From Verrucomicrobiaceae bacterium (GTDB lineage: Bacteria; Verrucomicrobiota; Verrucomicrobiia; Verrucomicrobiales; Akkermansiaceae), in NCBI GenBank assembly GCA_051252135.1, contig JBPOGH010000007.1, forward strand, positions 32,001 through 96,000: a stretch of DNA of 64,000 nucleotides, in the 5' to 3' direction. Both the position numbers and the translations under genes were made by a program. Each line of letters opens with the position of its first letter. Positions within the stretch are counted from its first letter, which is position 1. This document shows, in pieces, positions 38,446-47,580 of the stretch. The notes below the pieces were generated by a model that ran no database searches, was not told where the DNA came from, and worked only from the letters and a program-made list of their open reading frames with translations.

Positions 38446-40500
38446 CTACCACTCGATTCTGACGCCGAAGGTGGCGTTGAGGCCGGGGGCGTTTTGGCCG
38501 GATCCGTGGATGCGGTAGTCCTGGTCGGTGAGGTTTTCGAGGGCGAGGTTGAGCTGGACGTTTTCGGTGGCCTGCATGCCGGTGTAGAGGGAGGTGACCA
38601 GGTAGGAGGGGGTGCCGTTGACGGGGATGCGCTGGGTGTCGTTGGCGGCCTGGTTGGAGAGGTTGTTTTGGTGGGCGGCGGCAAGGATGCGGCCGGAGAC
38701 CCAGAATTTGTCGGATGGATGGGTCCAGGTGAGGGAGGCGGAGGCGGTGAGGGGGTGCATGCGGCGGATGGTGTCTTCAACGATGGGTCCGCCGAGAGTG
38801 GCAGCTTGTTGGGCCTTGCCATCCTGCCAGGCGAGGTGGCCGGCGAGTTGCCAGTCGGAGTGGAAGTTCCAGGCGGCTTCTGCTTCGAGTCCGTAGATGT
38901 ATCCGTCGCTGCCATTGACTGTAATGAGTCCGCCGGTGCCGTCGTCGATGCGGGTGATGGCGTCATCGATGAAGGTGTAGTATCCGGTGAGTCCGTAGGA
39001 GAGTTCGTCATTTGCGAAGCGAGCTCCGAGCTCGGCGGTGAGGAAGGTTTCGGGATCGACGTTTGGCGAGCCGCTGGAGGTGAGGCCATTGAGGGCGAAT
39101 TGAGCGCCGGTGAGGTCGTCAAGATTCGGTGCGCGGAAGGCTTGGGAGAGTCCTCCGAAGAGGGACCAGTGATCGGTGGCTTGGTAGTTTCCGCGGAGGG
39201 AGAGGGAGAGGTTTTCCCAGGATGCGTTGCCGGATTGGTCGGCGGCCGCTCCGGCGGGACGGTAGCCATTCCAGTCGGCTTCGGCGTAGGAGAAGCGGGC
39301 TCCGGCATCGTAGGAAAAGCGGTCTGTTAGATCGCGGGAGAAATTGGCGAAGAGGCCAAGGGAGTGGTAGGTGGAGTCGTCTGCAACGGGTCTGTTAGAG
39401 GGGCGGATGGCGCCGTTCCGGAAGCCGGCGGAGTCGACGACATCGTGGTAGTAATCGGCACCCCAGACGAGGTCGCCTTTTCCGAGAGGTGACTCGGCCT
39501 GGAAGGTGAGGCCGTAGGTGTCGACATCGAGGATTTTGGTATCGGATTGGCCCGAGCCGCGGACCCGGAATTCGGAGTCCTGGGATTTTTGGTAGGAGGT
39601 GGTGAGTTGCCAGCTGTTGAGCCAAGGAGCGGCGGGGTTGGAATCCTCGAGGCGGAGGTAGGTGAGGGCGCGTTCCTGATCGTAGGTGCGCTGGAGGTCG
39701 GTGCCGGCGGTGGTGAAGGAGTTTCCGTGGCGCCAGCCGGGGTTGGCGGTGGTGTTGTGCCAGCGGTTGATATCGTCCTGATTGAGGTAGGTGTGGGCGA
39801 GGGTGAGCGTTTGGGAATCGGAGAGGGCGTATTCGAATTTGAAGTCGAGGGATTGTTCGGCGTAGCCGGTGCCGGTCATGCGGCCGAGGGCGGAGTCCTT
39901 GATGTCCCCGATATTTTTGGAGGAGATTCCGAGCATGAGGCCCCATTCCCGGCCGACTCCGATGGATTGCTCCAGACGGCCGAGGTGGGAACGGGAGTTG
40001 GTATCGAAGCGGTAGGAGGTGGCGCCATTTGAGAAATAGGCATTTTCATCGCGGAAGCCGGAGGATTTGGAGAGGATATTGACGGTGCCGCCGATGGCGT
40101 CGGAGCCGTAGAGGACGGAGCCTTGGGATTTAATGAGCTCGAGGCGGTCGATGGCCTGGGAGTCGAGGGTGTTCCAGTACTGGACGGGGCCGCTGCGCCA
40201 GGTAGAATTGTTGAGGCGGATGCCGTCCTGAAGGAGGAGGGTTTGGCGGCCGTTGAAGCCGCGGATGTAGGGGGAGCCGTGGCCGGGGGTGGTCTGCTGG
40301 ACGAGGACGCCGGGGGTGTCGAGGAAGGCCTGGGGAAGAGTGCGGACGCTTTCGTTCAGGAGATCCCCGGCGGTGATGATTTCGGATGAATAGGGAGCCT
40401 CGGCGCGTTCTTCCTGGGTTCGGCTGGCGGTGACGACGAGGTCGGGGAGGGTGTCCTGGGCAGCCAGGGATAAGGGAAGGAGAAGGATCGATCTGAACAT
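38446..40500 (-). CDS. TonB-dependent receptor
   Basis: TonB box DLVVTASR, plug motif SPYIRGF..LLQDGIRLN, GSVLYGSDAIGGTVN, NLTDQDY and terminal aromatic residue W. Confidence 0.93.
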   Translation of the reverse strand: MFRSILLLPLSLAAQDTLPDLVVTASRTQEERAEAPYSSEIITAGDLLNESVRTLPQAFLDTPGVLVQQTTPGHGSPYIRGFNGRQTLLLQDGIRLNNSTWRSGPVQYWNTLDSQAIDRLELIKSQGSVLYGSDAIGGTVNILSKSSGFRDENAYFSNGATSYRFDTNSRSHLGRLEQSIGVGREWGLMLGISSKNIGDIKDSALGRMTGTGYAEQSLDFKFEYALSDSQTLTLAHTYLNQDDINRWHNTTANPGWRHGNSFTTAGTDLQRTYDQERALTYLRLEDSNPAAPWLNSWQLTTSYQKSQDSEFRVRGSGQSDTKILDVDTYGLTFQAESPLGKGDLVWGADYYHDVVDSAGFRNGAIRPSNRPVADDSTYHSLGLFANFSRDLTDRFSYDAGARFSYAEADWNGYRPAGAAADQSGNASWENLSLSLRGNYQATDHWSLFGGLSQAFRAPNLDDLTGAQFALNGLTSSGSPNVDPETFLTAELGARFANDELSYGLTGYYTFIDDAITRIDDGTGGLITVNGSDGYIYGLEAEAAWNFHSDWQLAGHLAWQDGKAQQAATLGGPIVEDTIRRMHPLTASASLTWTHPSDKFWVSGRILAAAHQNNLSNQAANDTQRIPVNGTPSYLVTSLYTGMQATENVQLNLALENLTDQDYRIHGSGQNAPGLNATFGVRIEW

Positions 40501-40637
40501 CGGTGCTGGGAACGAATTGATGGGGAGGTTTCTTAGGGGGAAGTTAGGAAGTTTCAAGGGGAAGGGTCGGGGAGGAGAGGTTTCGGGAGAGAGATAAAAA
40601 ACCGTATGCCTCTGATGAGACATACGGTTTGGAAAAT

Positions 40638-40827
40638 TGGAGGCGGAGGCGAGAATTGCCTTCGGCTATGCTGGATTCGCTCGCTGTGCTCGCAGGGTGA
40701 TTCGGTTTCTAGCGAAACCCCGCGTTGAACTGGCCTCGCTGCGGTCGGCAGAGTTTTGCCCTCGTCGCTCTGCTCCTCACGCTCTCTCCGTTCGCTGAGG
40801 CTCTCTCCGGTTTATCCCTCCTCCGCC
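40638..40827 (-). repeat. tRNA-Cys-derived repeat unit A (190 nt)
   Basis: 5' GGCGGAG and 3' ATTCTCGCCTCCGCCTCCA are identical to the tRNA-Cys ends; followed by a terminator-like hairpin at 40596-40631. Confidence 0.8.
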
Positions 40828-40893
40828 TTTGGAGAATCGATGTTGAAGAAAAAACCACGTGGCCCAGAAGACACACGTGGTTTTTAAAAAGAA

Positions 40894-41082
40894 TGGAGGC
40901 GGAGGCGAGAATTGCCTTCGGCTATGCTGGATTCGCTCGCGGTGCTCGCGGGGTGATGCGGTTTCTAGCGAAACCCCGCGTTGAACGACTTCGCTACGCT
41001 CAGTAGAGTTTTGCCTTCGTCGCTCTGCTCCTCACGCTATCTCCGTTCGCTGAGGCTCTCTCCGGTTCATCTCTCCTCCGCT
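40894..41082 (-). repeat. tRNA-Cys-derived repeat unit B (189 nt)
   Basis: Highly similar to unit A; same tRNA 3' end; terminator-like hairpin at about 40849-40885. Confidence 0.8.
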
Positions 41083-41104
41083 TTTGGAGAGGTAATATCC
41101 AATA

Positions 41105-41140
41105 AAAAACCACGCGCCATTTTTGATGACGCGTGGTTTT
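41105..41140 (-). terminator. Rho-independent terminator after tRNA-Cys
   Basis: AAAAAACCACGCG...CGCGTGGTTTT hairpin with a T-tract on the minus strand. Confidence 0.7.
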
Positions 41141-41146
41141 GGAAAT

Positions 41147-41221
41147 TGGAGGCGGAGGCGAGAATCGAACTCGCGAATACAGGTTTTGCAAACCCGCGCC
41201 TTACCACTTGGCTACTCCGCC
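41147..41221 (-). tRNA. tRNA-Cys (anticodon GCA)
   Basis: Reverse complement GGCGGAGTAGCCAAGTGGTAAGGCGCGGGTTTGCAAAACCTGTATTCGCGAGTTCGATTCTCGCCTCCGCCTCCA; 75 nt, U73 discriminator. Confidence 0.95.
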
Positions 41222-41288
41222 CTGGAGATGGACTGATCTAAGCTTGGGAGCAAAGAGTGTCAACTCTGTCTTGAGTTGAATTAAATTG

Positions 41289-42506
41289 TTAGGCGTCGAG
41301 GCCGAAGGCGGTGTGGACGACGCGCGCGGCTTCTTCGATTTGTGATTCTTCGACGGTGACGGAGATTTTGATTTCGGAGGTGGAGATCATGCCGATGTTG
41401 ATGCCCGATTCGCCGAGGGCGGCGAACATTTTGGCGGCGACTCCGGAGTGGGAGCGCATGCCGATGCCGACGCAGGAGAGTTTGGCGATGCCGGCTTCGG
41501 TCTCGATTTCGGCTTCGCCACCGAGTTCGGTGAGCACGGGTTTGAGGGCGACCTGGGCGCGGCCGAGGTCGTTGGTGTGCATGGTGAAGGAGTGTCGGGC
41601 GCAACGATCGTGGGCGATGTTGGAGACGATCATGTCGATGTTGACCTCGGCATCAGCGAGGGCACCGAGGATACGGCCGGACATGCCGGGGGTATCGGGG
41701 ATGCCGGTGATGGTGACGCGGGCTTGGGAGCGCTCGATGGAGACTCCGCGGATGACTACTGCTTCCATGGCTTCGTGTTCTTCGGTGACGATGGTCCCGG
41801 GGTTGTTATTGAGGGAGGAGCGCACTTCGAATTTGACGCCAAACTTTTTGGCGAATTCGACGGAGCGCGATTGCATGACTTTGGTTCCGACCGAGGCGAG
41901 CTCGAGGAGTTCGTCATAGGAAATTTCGGGGAGCTTGCGTGCTTTGTCAACGACGCGGGGGTCGGCGGTGTAGACGCCATCGACATCGGTGAGGATTTGG
42001 CAGACGTCTGCTTTAACGGCCGAGGCGACGGCGATGGCGGAGAGGTCCGAGCCGCCGCGGCCGAGGGTGTGGATGAGGCCCTGGGGGGTGATTCCCTGAA
42101 AGCCTGCGACGATGGGAGTTTTTCCCTCGGCGATGCACTGGTTGAGGTAGTCGGGCTTGATGTCCTCGATGCGGCCCCGGGTATGGGAACCGCTGGTGAG
42201 GATGCCGGCCTGACGTCCGGTGACGGAGATGCCCTCGATGCCAATTTCATTGAGGGCCATGGCGAGGAGGGCGATGGATTGTTGTTCTCCGGAGGAGAGG
42301 AGGACGTCGAGTTCCCGTTCGACGGGATTTTTGGAGAGCTCCTGGGCCATGCCGATGAGCTTATCGGTCACGCCGCCCATAGCGGAGATGACGGCGACGA
42401 CTTGGTTTCCGGCATCGCGTTCCGCTTTGATGCGTCTGGCAACATTGCGAATGCGGTCGATGGAGCCGACGGATGTTCCGCCGTATTTTTGGACAATCAA
42501 GGCCAT
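41289..42506 (-). CDS. lysC: Aspartate kinase
   Basis: VQKYGGTSVG, LGRGGSDLSA, TDVDGVYTADPR and two ACT domains ending ISTSEIKIS. Confidence 0.95.
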   Translation of the reverse strand: MALIVQKYGGTSVGSIDRIRNVARRIKAERDAGNQVVAVISAMGGVTDKLIGMAQELSKNPVERELDVLLSSGEQQSIALLAMALNEIGIEGISVTGRQAGILTSGSHTRGRIEDIKPDYLNQCIAEGKTPIVAGFQGITPQGLIHTLGRGGSDLSAIAVASAVKADVCQILTDVDGVYTADPRVVDKARKLPEISYDELLELASVGTKVMQSRSVEFAKKFGVKFEVRSSLNNNPGTIVTEEHEAMEAVVIRGVSIERSQARVTITGIPDTPGMSGRILGALADAEVNIDMIVSNIAHDRCARHSFTMHTNDLGRAQVALKPVLTELGGEAEIETEAGIAKLSCVGIGMRSHSGVAAKMFAALGESGINIGMISTSEIKISVTVEESQIEEAARVVHTAFGLDA

Positions 42507-42560
42507 GGGAGAGGTGCGTCCTTACGCTGGTGCGGGGATTTAGGCAAGCTTCAGTGTATC

Positions 42561-42771
42561 GGGAAGCACTGATTAAAGAGGAAGCTCGCTGAAGTTTTTT
42601 ATGGATTCTTTAGCCAGGGAAGCTTCGCTTCCACAGGAAAAGGTGCTGCAGCCCTCTTGAACTCTGGCGGCGTTGCTCAGGGAGTCGCTGATCATCAGCG
42701 TCACCCTTCGCGCCTTGCCAGACTTCAACATGACTTGCAGCAGCGGACTACCTCCTCAATCAGCACTTCCC
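42561..42771. mobile_element. MITE (~211 bp) with ~21 bp imperfect terminal inverted repeats
   Basis: Left end GGGAAGCACTGATTAAAGAGG, right end reverse complement GGGAAGTGCTGATTGAGGAGG; right end abuts the CTAG containing the hom stop codon; internal palindromes. Confidence 0.7.
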
Positions 42772-44084
42772 TAGACCTTTTCGATGCGGAAGACGACGGG
42801 TCGGGCGGTGATGCAGTCGAGGGATTCGACTTCGAGGAGGGCTTTTTTGAGTTTTCCGAAGGGGCAGGAGTGGAGGAGGAAGACCATTTCGACGAAGTCG
42901 GCATCGGGGTTATCGGCATCGACGGGGGAGTGGGTGCCGGAGATTCCGATGGCGTGGTCGGCGAGGATGCCGGAAATTTTGGCGATGACGCCGGGCTGGT
43001 CGTTGACCGAGAAGCGAACGTAGTAGGGGGTTTCGGTGTCCTCGATGGGGACGATTTTTCCATCGGTCCGGAAGGGGAGGAAGCCACGGGAGGCATCCGA
43101 TGAGCGGAGGGCGCGGGAGGCCTCGACGAGGTCGGAGACGACGGAAGAGGCGGTGGGTTCCTGTCCGGCACCGCGACCGTAGAAGAGGGAGTCGCCGAGT
43201 CCATCGCCTTTGACGGCGACGGCATTGAAGACGCCATTGACGGAGGCGAGGATGTGTTTTTTGGAGATGAAGGAGGGTTGGGTGCGGATTTCGATGGCGC
43301 CGCCGGAGCGTTCGCGAACGAAGGAGAGGAGTTTGACGACGTAGCCGAGCTCGGAGGCGAACTTGATGTCGAGTGGGGTGACTTTTTCGATGCCGCGGAC
43401 GTAGACGTTTTTTGGGTCGATGAGGAATCCGTGGGCGAGGGAGCCGAGGAGGATGGCCTTGTGGGCAGCGTCCCAGCCGTTGACGTCGAGGGTTTCGTCG
43501 GCTTCGGCATATCCGAGTTCTTTGGCTTCCTTGAGGGCTTCGGGGTAGCCGAGGCCGGCCTCGGTCATGCGCATGAGGATGTAATTGGAGGTGCCGTTGA
43601 TGATGCCGACGATGTCCTCGATGCGGTTTCCGATGAGGGAGTCCTGAACGGCCTTGATGATGGGGATGCCACCGGCGACGGCGGCCTCGAAGTGAATGGG
43701 GGTGTTCGTTTCGGCGGAAAGGGCGAAAAGCTCGGCTCCGCGCTCGGCGAGGAGGGCTTTGTTTCCGGTGACGACGGGCTTTTGGGCCTTGAGGGCAGCG
43801 GCTACGAGATCGAAGGCAGCGGTGGTGCCGCCGATGAGTTCGACCACGATATCGACGGACGGGTCGGTGACGACGTCCATGAGATTGGTGGTGAAGAGTT
43901 CATCGGGTGCGTCGACATCGCGAGATTTGGAGAGGTCGCGGACGGCGATTTTACGGATGGCGAGTTCGACATCTCCCTGGGATCGGGAGGTGATGAGGCC
44001 GCCATTTCGCTCGATGATTTTCCAAACGCCGGAGCCAACGGTTCCAAAGCCGGCGAGGCCGATTCCTGAAGAGGTGCAAGACAC
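42771..44084 (-). CDS. hom: Homoserine dehydrogenase
   Basis: GLAGFGTVG, EAAVAGGIP, GIINGTSNYIL, LGYAEAD, C-terminal ACT domain. Confidence 0.95.
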   Translation of the reverse strand: MSCTSSGIGLAGFGTVGSGVWKIIERNGGLITSRSQGDVELAIRKIAVRDLSKSRDVDAPDELFTTNLMDVVTDPSVDIVVELIGGTTAAFDLVAAALKAQKPVVTGNKALLAERGAELFALSAETNTPIHFEAAVAGGIPIIKAVQDSLIGNRIEDIVGIINGTSNYILMRMTEAGLGYPEALKEAKELGYAEADETLDVNGWDAAHKAILLGSLAHGFLIDPKNVYVRGIEKVTPLDIKFASELGYVVKLLSFVRERSGGAIEIRTQPSFISKKHILASVNGVFNAVAVKGDGLGDSLFYGRGAGQEPTASSVVSDLVEASRALRSSDASRGFLPFRTDGKIVPIEDTETPYYVRFSVNDQPGVIAKISGILADHAIGISGTHSPVDADNPDADFVEMVFLLHSCPFGKLKKALLEVESLDCITARPVVFRIEKV

Positions 44085-44183
44085 GGGGAGGTGTTACTGG
44101 GGAATTGGGCCGGATGGGAGAAGAAAAATGTGGGAGATACATGAATTGCACATGGCAATTGCTCCGTTATAGTCAGAGAGACG

Positions 44184-45320
44184 ATGGACTACGGATATTC
44201 CTGGGAACACGAAAGCACCTATGAGCCACCCAAGCAGGGCGGGTTCGGATGGGCTGTGCTGGTGGCTGTCGTGGTGGCGCTTCTGGCCCACGTGGCGTTC
44301 ATCATTGGACCGGGAAGTCGATTGATTGAGCTGGATATTACCGAGCCGACCGAGTGGGTGTCTGATCCGGTGAGGTTGACGGCGGTGGATTCGGAGCCCG
44401 AGATTATTTCCGAGCCTCCGCCGGAGGAAGAGATTGAGCGGCCGGATACCGAGGGTGAGTTGATTGCGGACATTGAGGATGTGCTTCCCGAGCTGAAGGA
44501 TGTGGAGATTGATATTTCTCCACTTGAGGATGATGCGCTTCCGGAGATGAAGATTGAGAAGCCGGCGCTGAAGGGGGAGGAGGATGGAGATTTGTTGAAG
44601 CCGACGGTGGGTGTGGATACGGCGGCGGAGGTTCCCGAGTTGGGGACGGTGGCGAATTTGTTTCCGGAAGCGAAAGCGAGCCAGCTGGTGGTGGATTCCG
44701 GGAGTCCGCTTGAGGATGTTCTGAATCCGGACAAAGTGGCCCAGGACCTGGGGAAGGTCAAAGGAGCGGGAGGCGAGAGTGAAAACGGGGTGCTGACGGG
44801 TTACACCGGGCTGGAGGCCTATGCCCGGATGACACCGGGTGATCTTCAGAGGAACAAGGCGTCGATTGGGAGCGATCTGCTTTTTGAATACAATGAGTCG
44901 AACCTGCGCGATGATGCGCGTCTGACTTTGATGACAGTAGCGATGTTGATTGAGCGTAATCCCAACATGTATTGCTGGGTGGAAGGTCATACCGATTTGT
45001 TCGGGCCGGATGATTTTAATCTGGAGCTCTCGAAGAAGCGGGCGCAAGCGGTGAAGGACTGGATTGTGGGTGCTCTGCAGCTGAGCCCGGAGCGCATTGT
45101 GGTGCGGCCCTACGGGAAGCAGGAGCCGGTTGTTTTGGAAGGTTCGATTGAAGATCAGGCGCCGAACCGGCGGGTGGACATCAAGATGCGTAAGACGCTG
45201 CCCCAACCGGTGAAGATGCTGGTGAAGCCGGGTCGTGCGGTGGTGGTGGAAGATGATGACGAGGTGCCGGCGGCACTTCCGGTGAGGGAACCCCCGGTGG
45301 CCATTCCGGTGGAGGAGTAG
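44184..45320 (+). CDS. OmpA-family peptidoglycan-binding membrane protein
   Basis: N-terminal TM helix, acidic linker, VEGHTD..N.ELSKKRAQAV..NRRV. Confidence 0.88.
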   Translation: MDYGYSWEHESTYEPPKQGGFGWAVLVAVVVALLAHVAFIIGPGSRLIELDITEPTEWVSDPVRLTAVDSEPEIISEPPPEEEIERPDTEGELIADIEDVLPELKDVEIDISPLEDDALPEMKIEKPALKGEEDGDLLKPTVGVDTAAEVPELGTVANLFPEAKASQLVVDSGSPLEDVLNPDKVAQDLGKVKGAGGESENGVLTGYTGLEAYARMTPGDLQRNKASIGSDLLFEYNESNLRDDARLTLMTVAMLIERNPNMYCWVEGHTDLFGPDDFNLELSKKRAQAVKDWIVGALQLSPERIVVRPYGKQEPVVLEGSIEDQAPNRRVDIKMRKTLPQPVKMLVKPGRAVVVEDDDEVPAALPVREPPVAIPVEE

Positions 45321-45351
45321 GTTTGAGGTCGAGGATTAACATACGATTACT

Positions 45352-46152
45352 GTGGTAAATATTCTCCCCGAACCGCCGAAGTGGAATGCCGTCATGGGAT
45401 TCGACTTTGATGATACGCTGATGATGGGCGAGGAACATCGTCCGAGGATTGATCCGGAGTTTTTTGAGTGTATCCGGTGGATTCGGGCGAACTATGGAGC
45501 GGCGTGGGGTATCTGCACGGGGCGGTCTTTGCATCAATTGGTGGAGGGGTTTAACTCGGGGAAGTTTCCGTTTTTGCCGGATTTTGTGGTGGCGAGAGAG
45601 CGGGAGATTTATTTTCCGGGTCAGTTTGGGCGGTGGTTGCCGCATGAGGAGTGGAACAAGCGGTGTGAGAAGGATCACAAGCGGTTGTTTCGTAAATCGA
45701 AGCGGGTGCTGGCGAAGGTGCGCAAGTATGTGGAGAAGCAGACGGAGGGGCGTTGGGTTTCGGTAGAGGGTGATCCCGCGGGAATTATTGCGGGGTCGGA
45801 GGATGAGATGGCGGGGATTATCAAATTTTACGAAAGCCTCCCGAAGGTGGACTCCTTGGGCTATGAGCGGAATGGGGTTTATTTGCGGTTCACGCACACG
45901 GATTTCCGGAAGGGGACGGGGCTGCGGGAGGCGGCGGCCCGCTGGGGGGTGATGCCGGGTCATATTTTGGCGGTTGGCGATAATTTCAATGATATCAGCA
46001 TGTTGGGGGCGGATGTGTGCGGTGCCTGCGGGTGTCCGGGGAATGCGGTGCCGGCGGTGAAGGAGCTGGTGAAGGCACGCGGGGGGAAGGTGGCGTTGAA
46101 GGAAGGAAGCCGGGGGGTGATGGAGGTCCTGGGATACTATTTCAACCAGTGA
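45352..46152 (+). CDS. HAD-IIB family hydrolase
   Basis: DFDDTL, CTGR, KG, GDNFNDISM. Confidence 0.85.
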   Translation: MVNILPEPPKWNAVMGFDFDDTLMMGEEHRPRIDPEFFECIRWIRANYGAAWGICTGRSLHQLVEGFNSGKFPFLPDFVVAREREIYFPGQFGRWLPHEEWNKRCEKDHKRLFRKSKRVLAKVRKYVEKQTEGRWVSVEGDPAGIIAGSEDEMAGIIKFYESLPKVDSLGYERNGVYLRFTHTDFRKGTGLREAAARWGVMPGHILAVGDNFNDISMLGADVCGACGCPGNAVPAVKELVKARGGKVALKEGSRGVMEVLGYYFNQ

Positions 46153-46751
46153 GTTATTGGGGGGAGCTGGGGGCTTTTGCGGTGGTGATGGCGGTGGGGC
46201 AGTTTAGCCCGGGACCGGACATGCTGCTGCTGACGCGGACGGCCTTGGCGGAGGGGCTGCGGGCGGGGTGGCTGATGGTGCTGGGGATTGTGACGGGGCT
46301 GGCGCTGCACGCGACGCTGGCGATCGGGGGGATGGCGGTGCTCTTGGCGCAGGGCGGGCTGTTGGCGCGGATGGTGGGGATGTTGGCGGCGGGGTATCTT
46401 TTTTGGTTGGGGTGGGGGTTGTTGGTGAAAACACCGGGGGAAGATGGAGAGGCGGGAGAGCTGAGGCGGAGTCCGTATTTGAGGGGGTTGTTTTGCAATT
46501 TGTTGAATCCAAAGGTGTTGGTGTTTTTTGCGGGGGTGGTGGCTCCGTTTTTGACGGGCGGGCATCCGGGATGGTGGCCGTTTGCGCTGTGGGGGATGAT
46601 TGTGGGGGAGGGCTTGGTGCTGTGGTGTTTGTGGGTATGGTTGTTGCAGAACGGGAAGGTGAAGCGGGCGTATCAGCGGGCGGGGAGGCTGTTGGATGTG
46701 CTGTTTGGGACGGGGTTGGTGGTGTTGGGGGTGAAATTGTTGTGGGGGTGA
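46149..46751 (+). CDS. LysE/RhtB family translocator
   Basis: SPGPDM and NLLNPK motifs; GTG start overlapping the upstream stop codon. Confidence 0.88.
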   Translation: MSYWGELGAFAVVMAVGQFSPGPDMLLLTRTALAEGLRAGWLMVLGIVTGLALHATLAIGGMAVLLAQGGLLARMVGMLAAGYLFWLGWGLLVKTPGEDGEAGELRRSPYLRGLFCNLLNPKVLVFFAGVVAPFLTGGHPGWWPFALWGMIVGEGLVLWCLWVWLLQNGKVKRAYQRAGRLLDVLFGTGLVVLGVKLLWG

Positions 46752-46841
46752 AGGGAGTGGGGGGATTTGTTTAGGGTGGGGGGATGAGGCGATCCGGGCG
46801 ATCAAGCTAGGAAACCAAGAAGCTGCAAGGTTTACGACGTC

Positions 46842-46931
46842 GGCTCTTAGCGTTTGGCTCTTAGCTTTTAGCCCGGTCGTCCGAAACTACTGCGAGAAAG
46901 CTATGAGCCAATTGCGAAAGGCTAATGGCCA
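46842..46931. repeat. Pair of inverted period-7 repeat tracts
   Basis: GCTCTTA-GCGTTTG-GCTCTTA-GCTTTTA-GC and GCTATGA-GCCAATT-GCGAAAG-GCTAATG-GC. Confidence 0.55.
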
Positions 46932-47052
46932 TGGTGGTTCTACCAGTTCGCTCCGCTTTTCTCCCTAGCTTGATCGCCCTGATGAGACGATGGCGGATCG
47001 GGGCTTGACGAAGAAATCAGATGAACAGTAGAATTTCGCAATCCTGTGAAGG

Positions 47053-47113
47053 GGGAAATAGGGGGATGCACGCAGACCCCGGTTCCCGGGGCAGGTGATC
47101 CCTACTGTTCTGC
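47053..47113 (+). other. Degenerate attC site (attC0)
   Basis: GAT(G)CAC...GTGATC hairpin, 6-nt spacer, R' GTTCTGC at 47107; R'' ends AAT instead of AAC. Confidence 0.5.
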
Positions 47114-47135
47114 TAGATGATTTAAGAAACACACT

Positions 47136-47375
47136 ATGGATAAAGAAACAGAAAGACAGATATTGAATGATCAAAAAATTAACTTCTACGAAGATGAGGA
47201 AGGATCTAATTTCTTTTTCATCTCAGATCGAGTTATTGGGTTAAACGATAAAGAAGATATTGTTACCAACCTAGCAGGTAAAGTTAAATCAGGTGTAGTC
47301 ACATACGAGAAAATTATTTCTGAATCAGATCAACCGTTATATCGTATTTTTTTAGTAGCTGACCAAACTCCTTAG
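47136..47375 (+). CDS. Integron cassette 1 ORF, hypothetical
   Basis: Very low GC; lies between GTTCTGC (47107) and its complement GCAGAAC (47513). Confidence 0.5.
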   Translation: MDKETERQILNDQKINFYEDEEGSNFFFISDRVIGLNDKEDIVTNLAGKVKSGVVTYEKIISESDQPLYRIFLVADQTP

Positions 47376-47580
47376 CCGCATCATCATTATCCAGAAGCTT
47401 ATCCATAAGAGCAGGGATGATTGCTTTTAGGGTTACGGGGTGTGAGATATGTTCACCGTTTGGTCCTAGTTCGTCTACTCCGTGGACAAAATATTTAGGG
47501 AACTCCCTAGATGCAGAACAAGACGTGGAACCTAACGATTTCTCGTCATTTGGTTCTGTATTATTTTCTGTAGTTTTCAT
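47314..47580 (-). CDS. Possible reverse ORF starting inside the attC1 loop
   Basis: 88 aa, ATG start, protein-like amphipathic C-terminus (KAIIPALMDKLLDNDDAAKEFGQLLKKY). Confidence 0.35.
   Translation of the reverse strand: MKTTENNTEPNDEKSLGSTSCSASREFPKYFVHGVDELGPNGEHISHPVTLKAIIPALMDKLLDNDDAAKEFGQLLKKYDITVDLIQK

Noticed and set aside
32913..38610. Diversity-generating retroelement TR/VR pair at the TonB receptor 3' end
   Set aside because: Mismatches are not adenine-specific on either strand, and there is no reverse transcriptase in the window.
40501..40640. Cobalamin riboswitch upstream of the TonB receptor
   Set aside because: No B12-box or GGGAA...GCCACTG core is visible; the region is a purine/pyrimidine tract plus a terminator.
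40725..41241. Small ORFs over the tRNA-Cys region
   Set aside because: They are translations of the tRNA and its derived repeats.
42507..42770. Lysine riboswitch upstream of aspartokinase
   Set aside because: No recognisable L-box consensus; the region is better explained by terminal inverted repeats (MITE).
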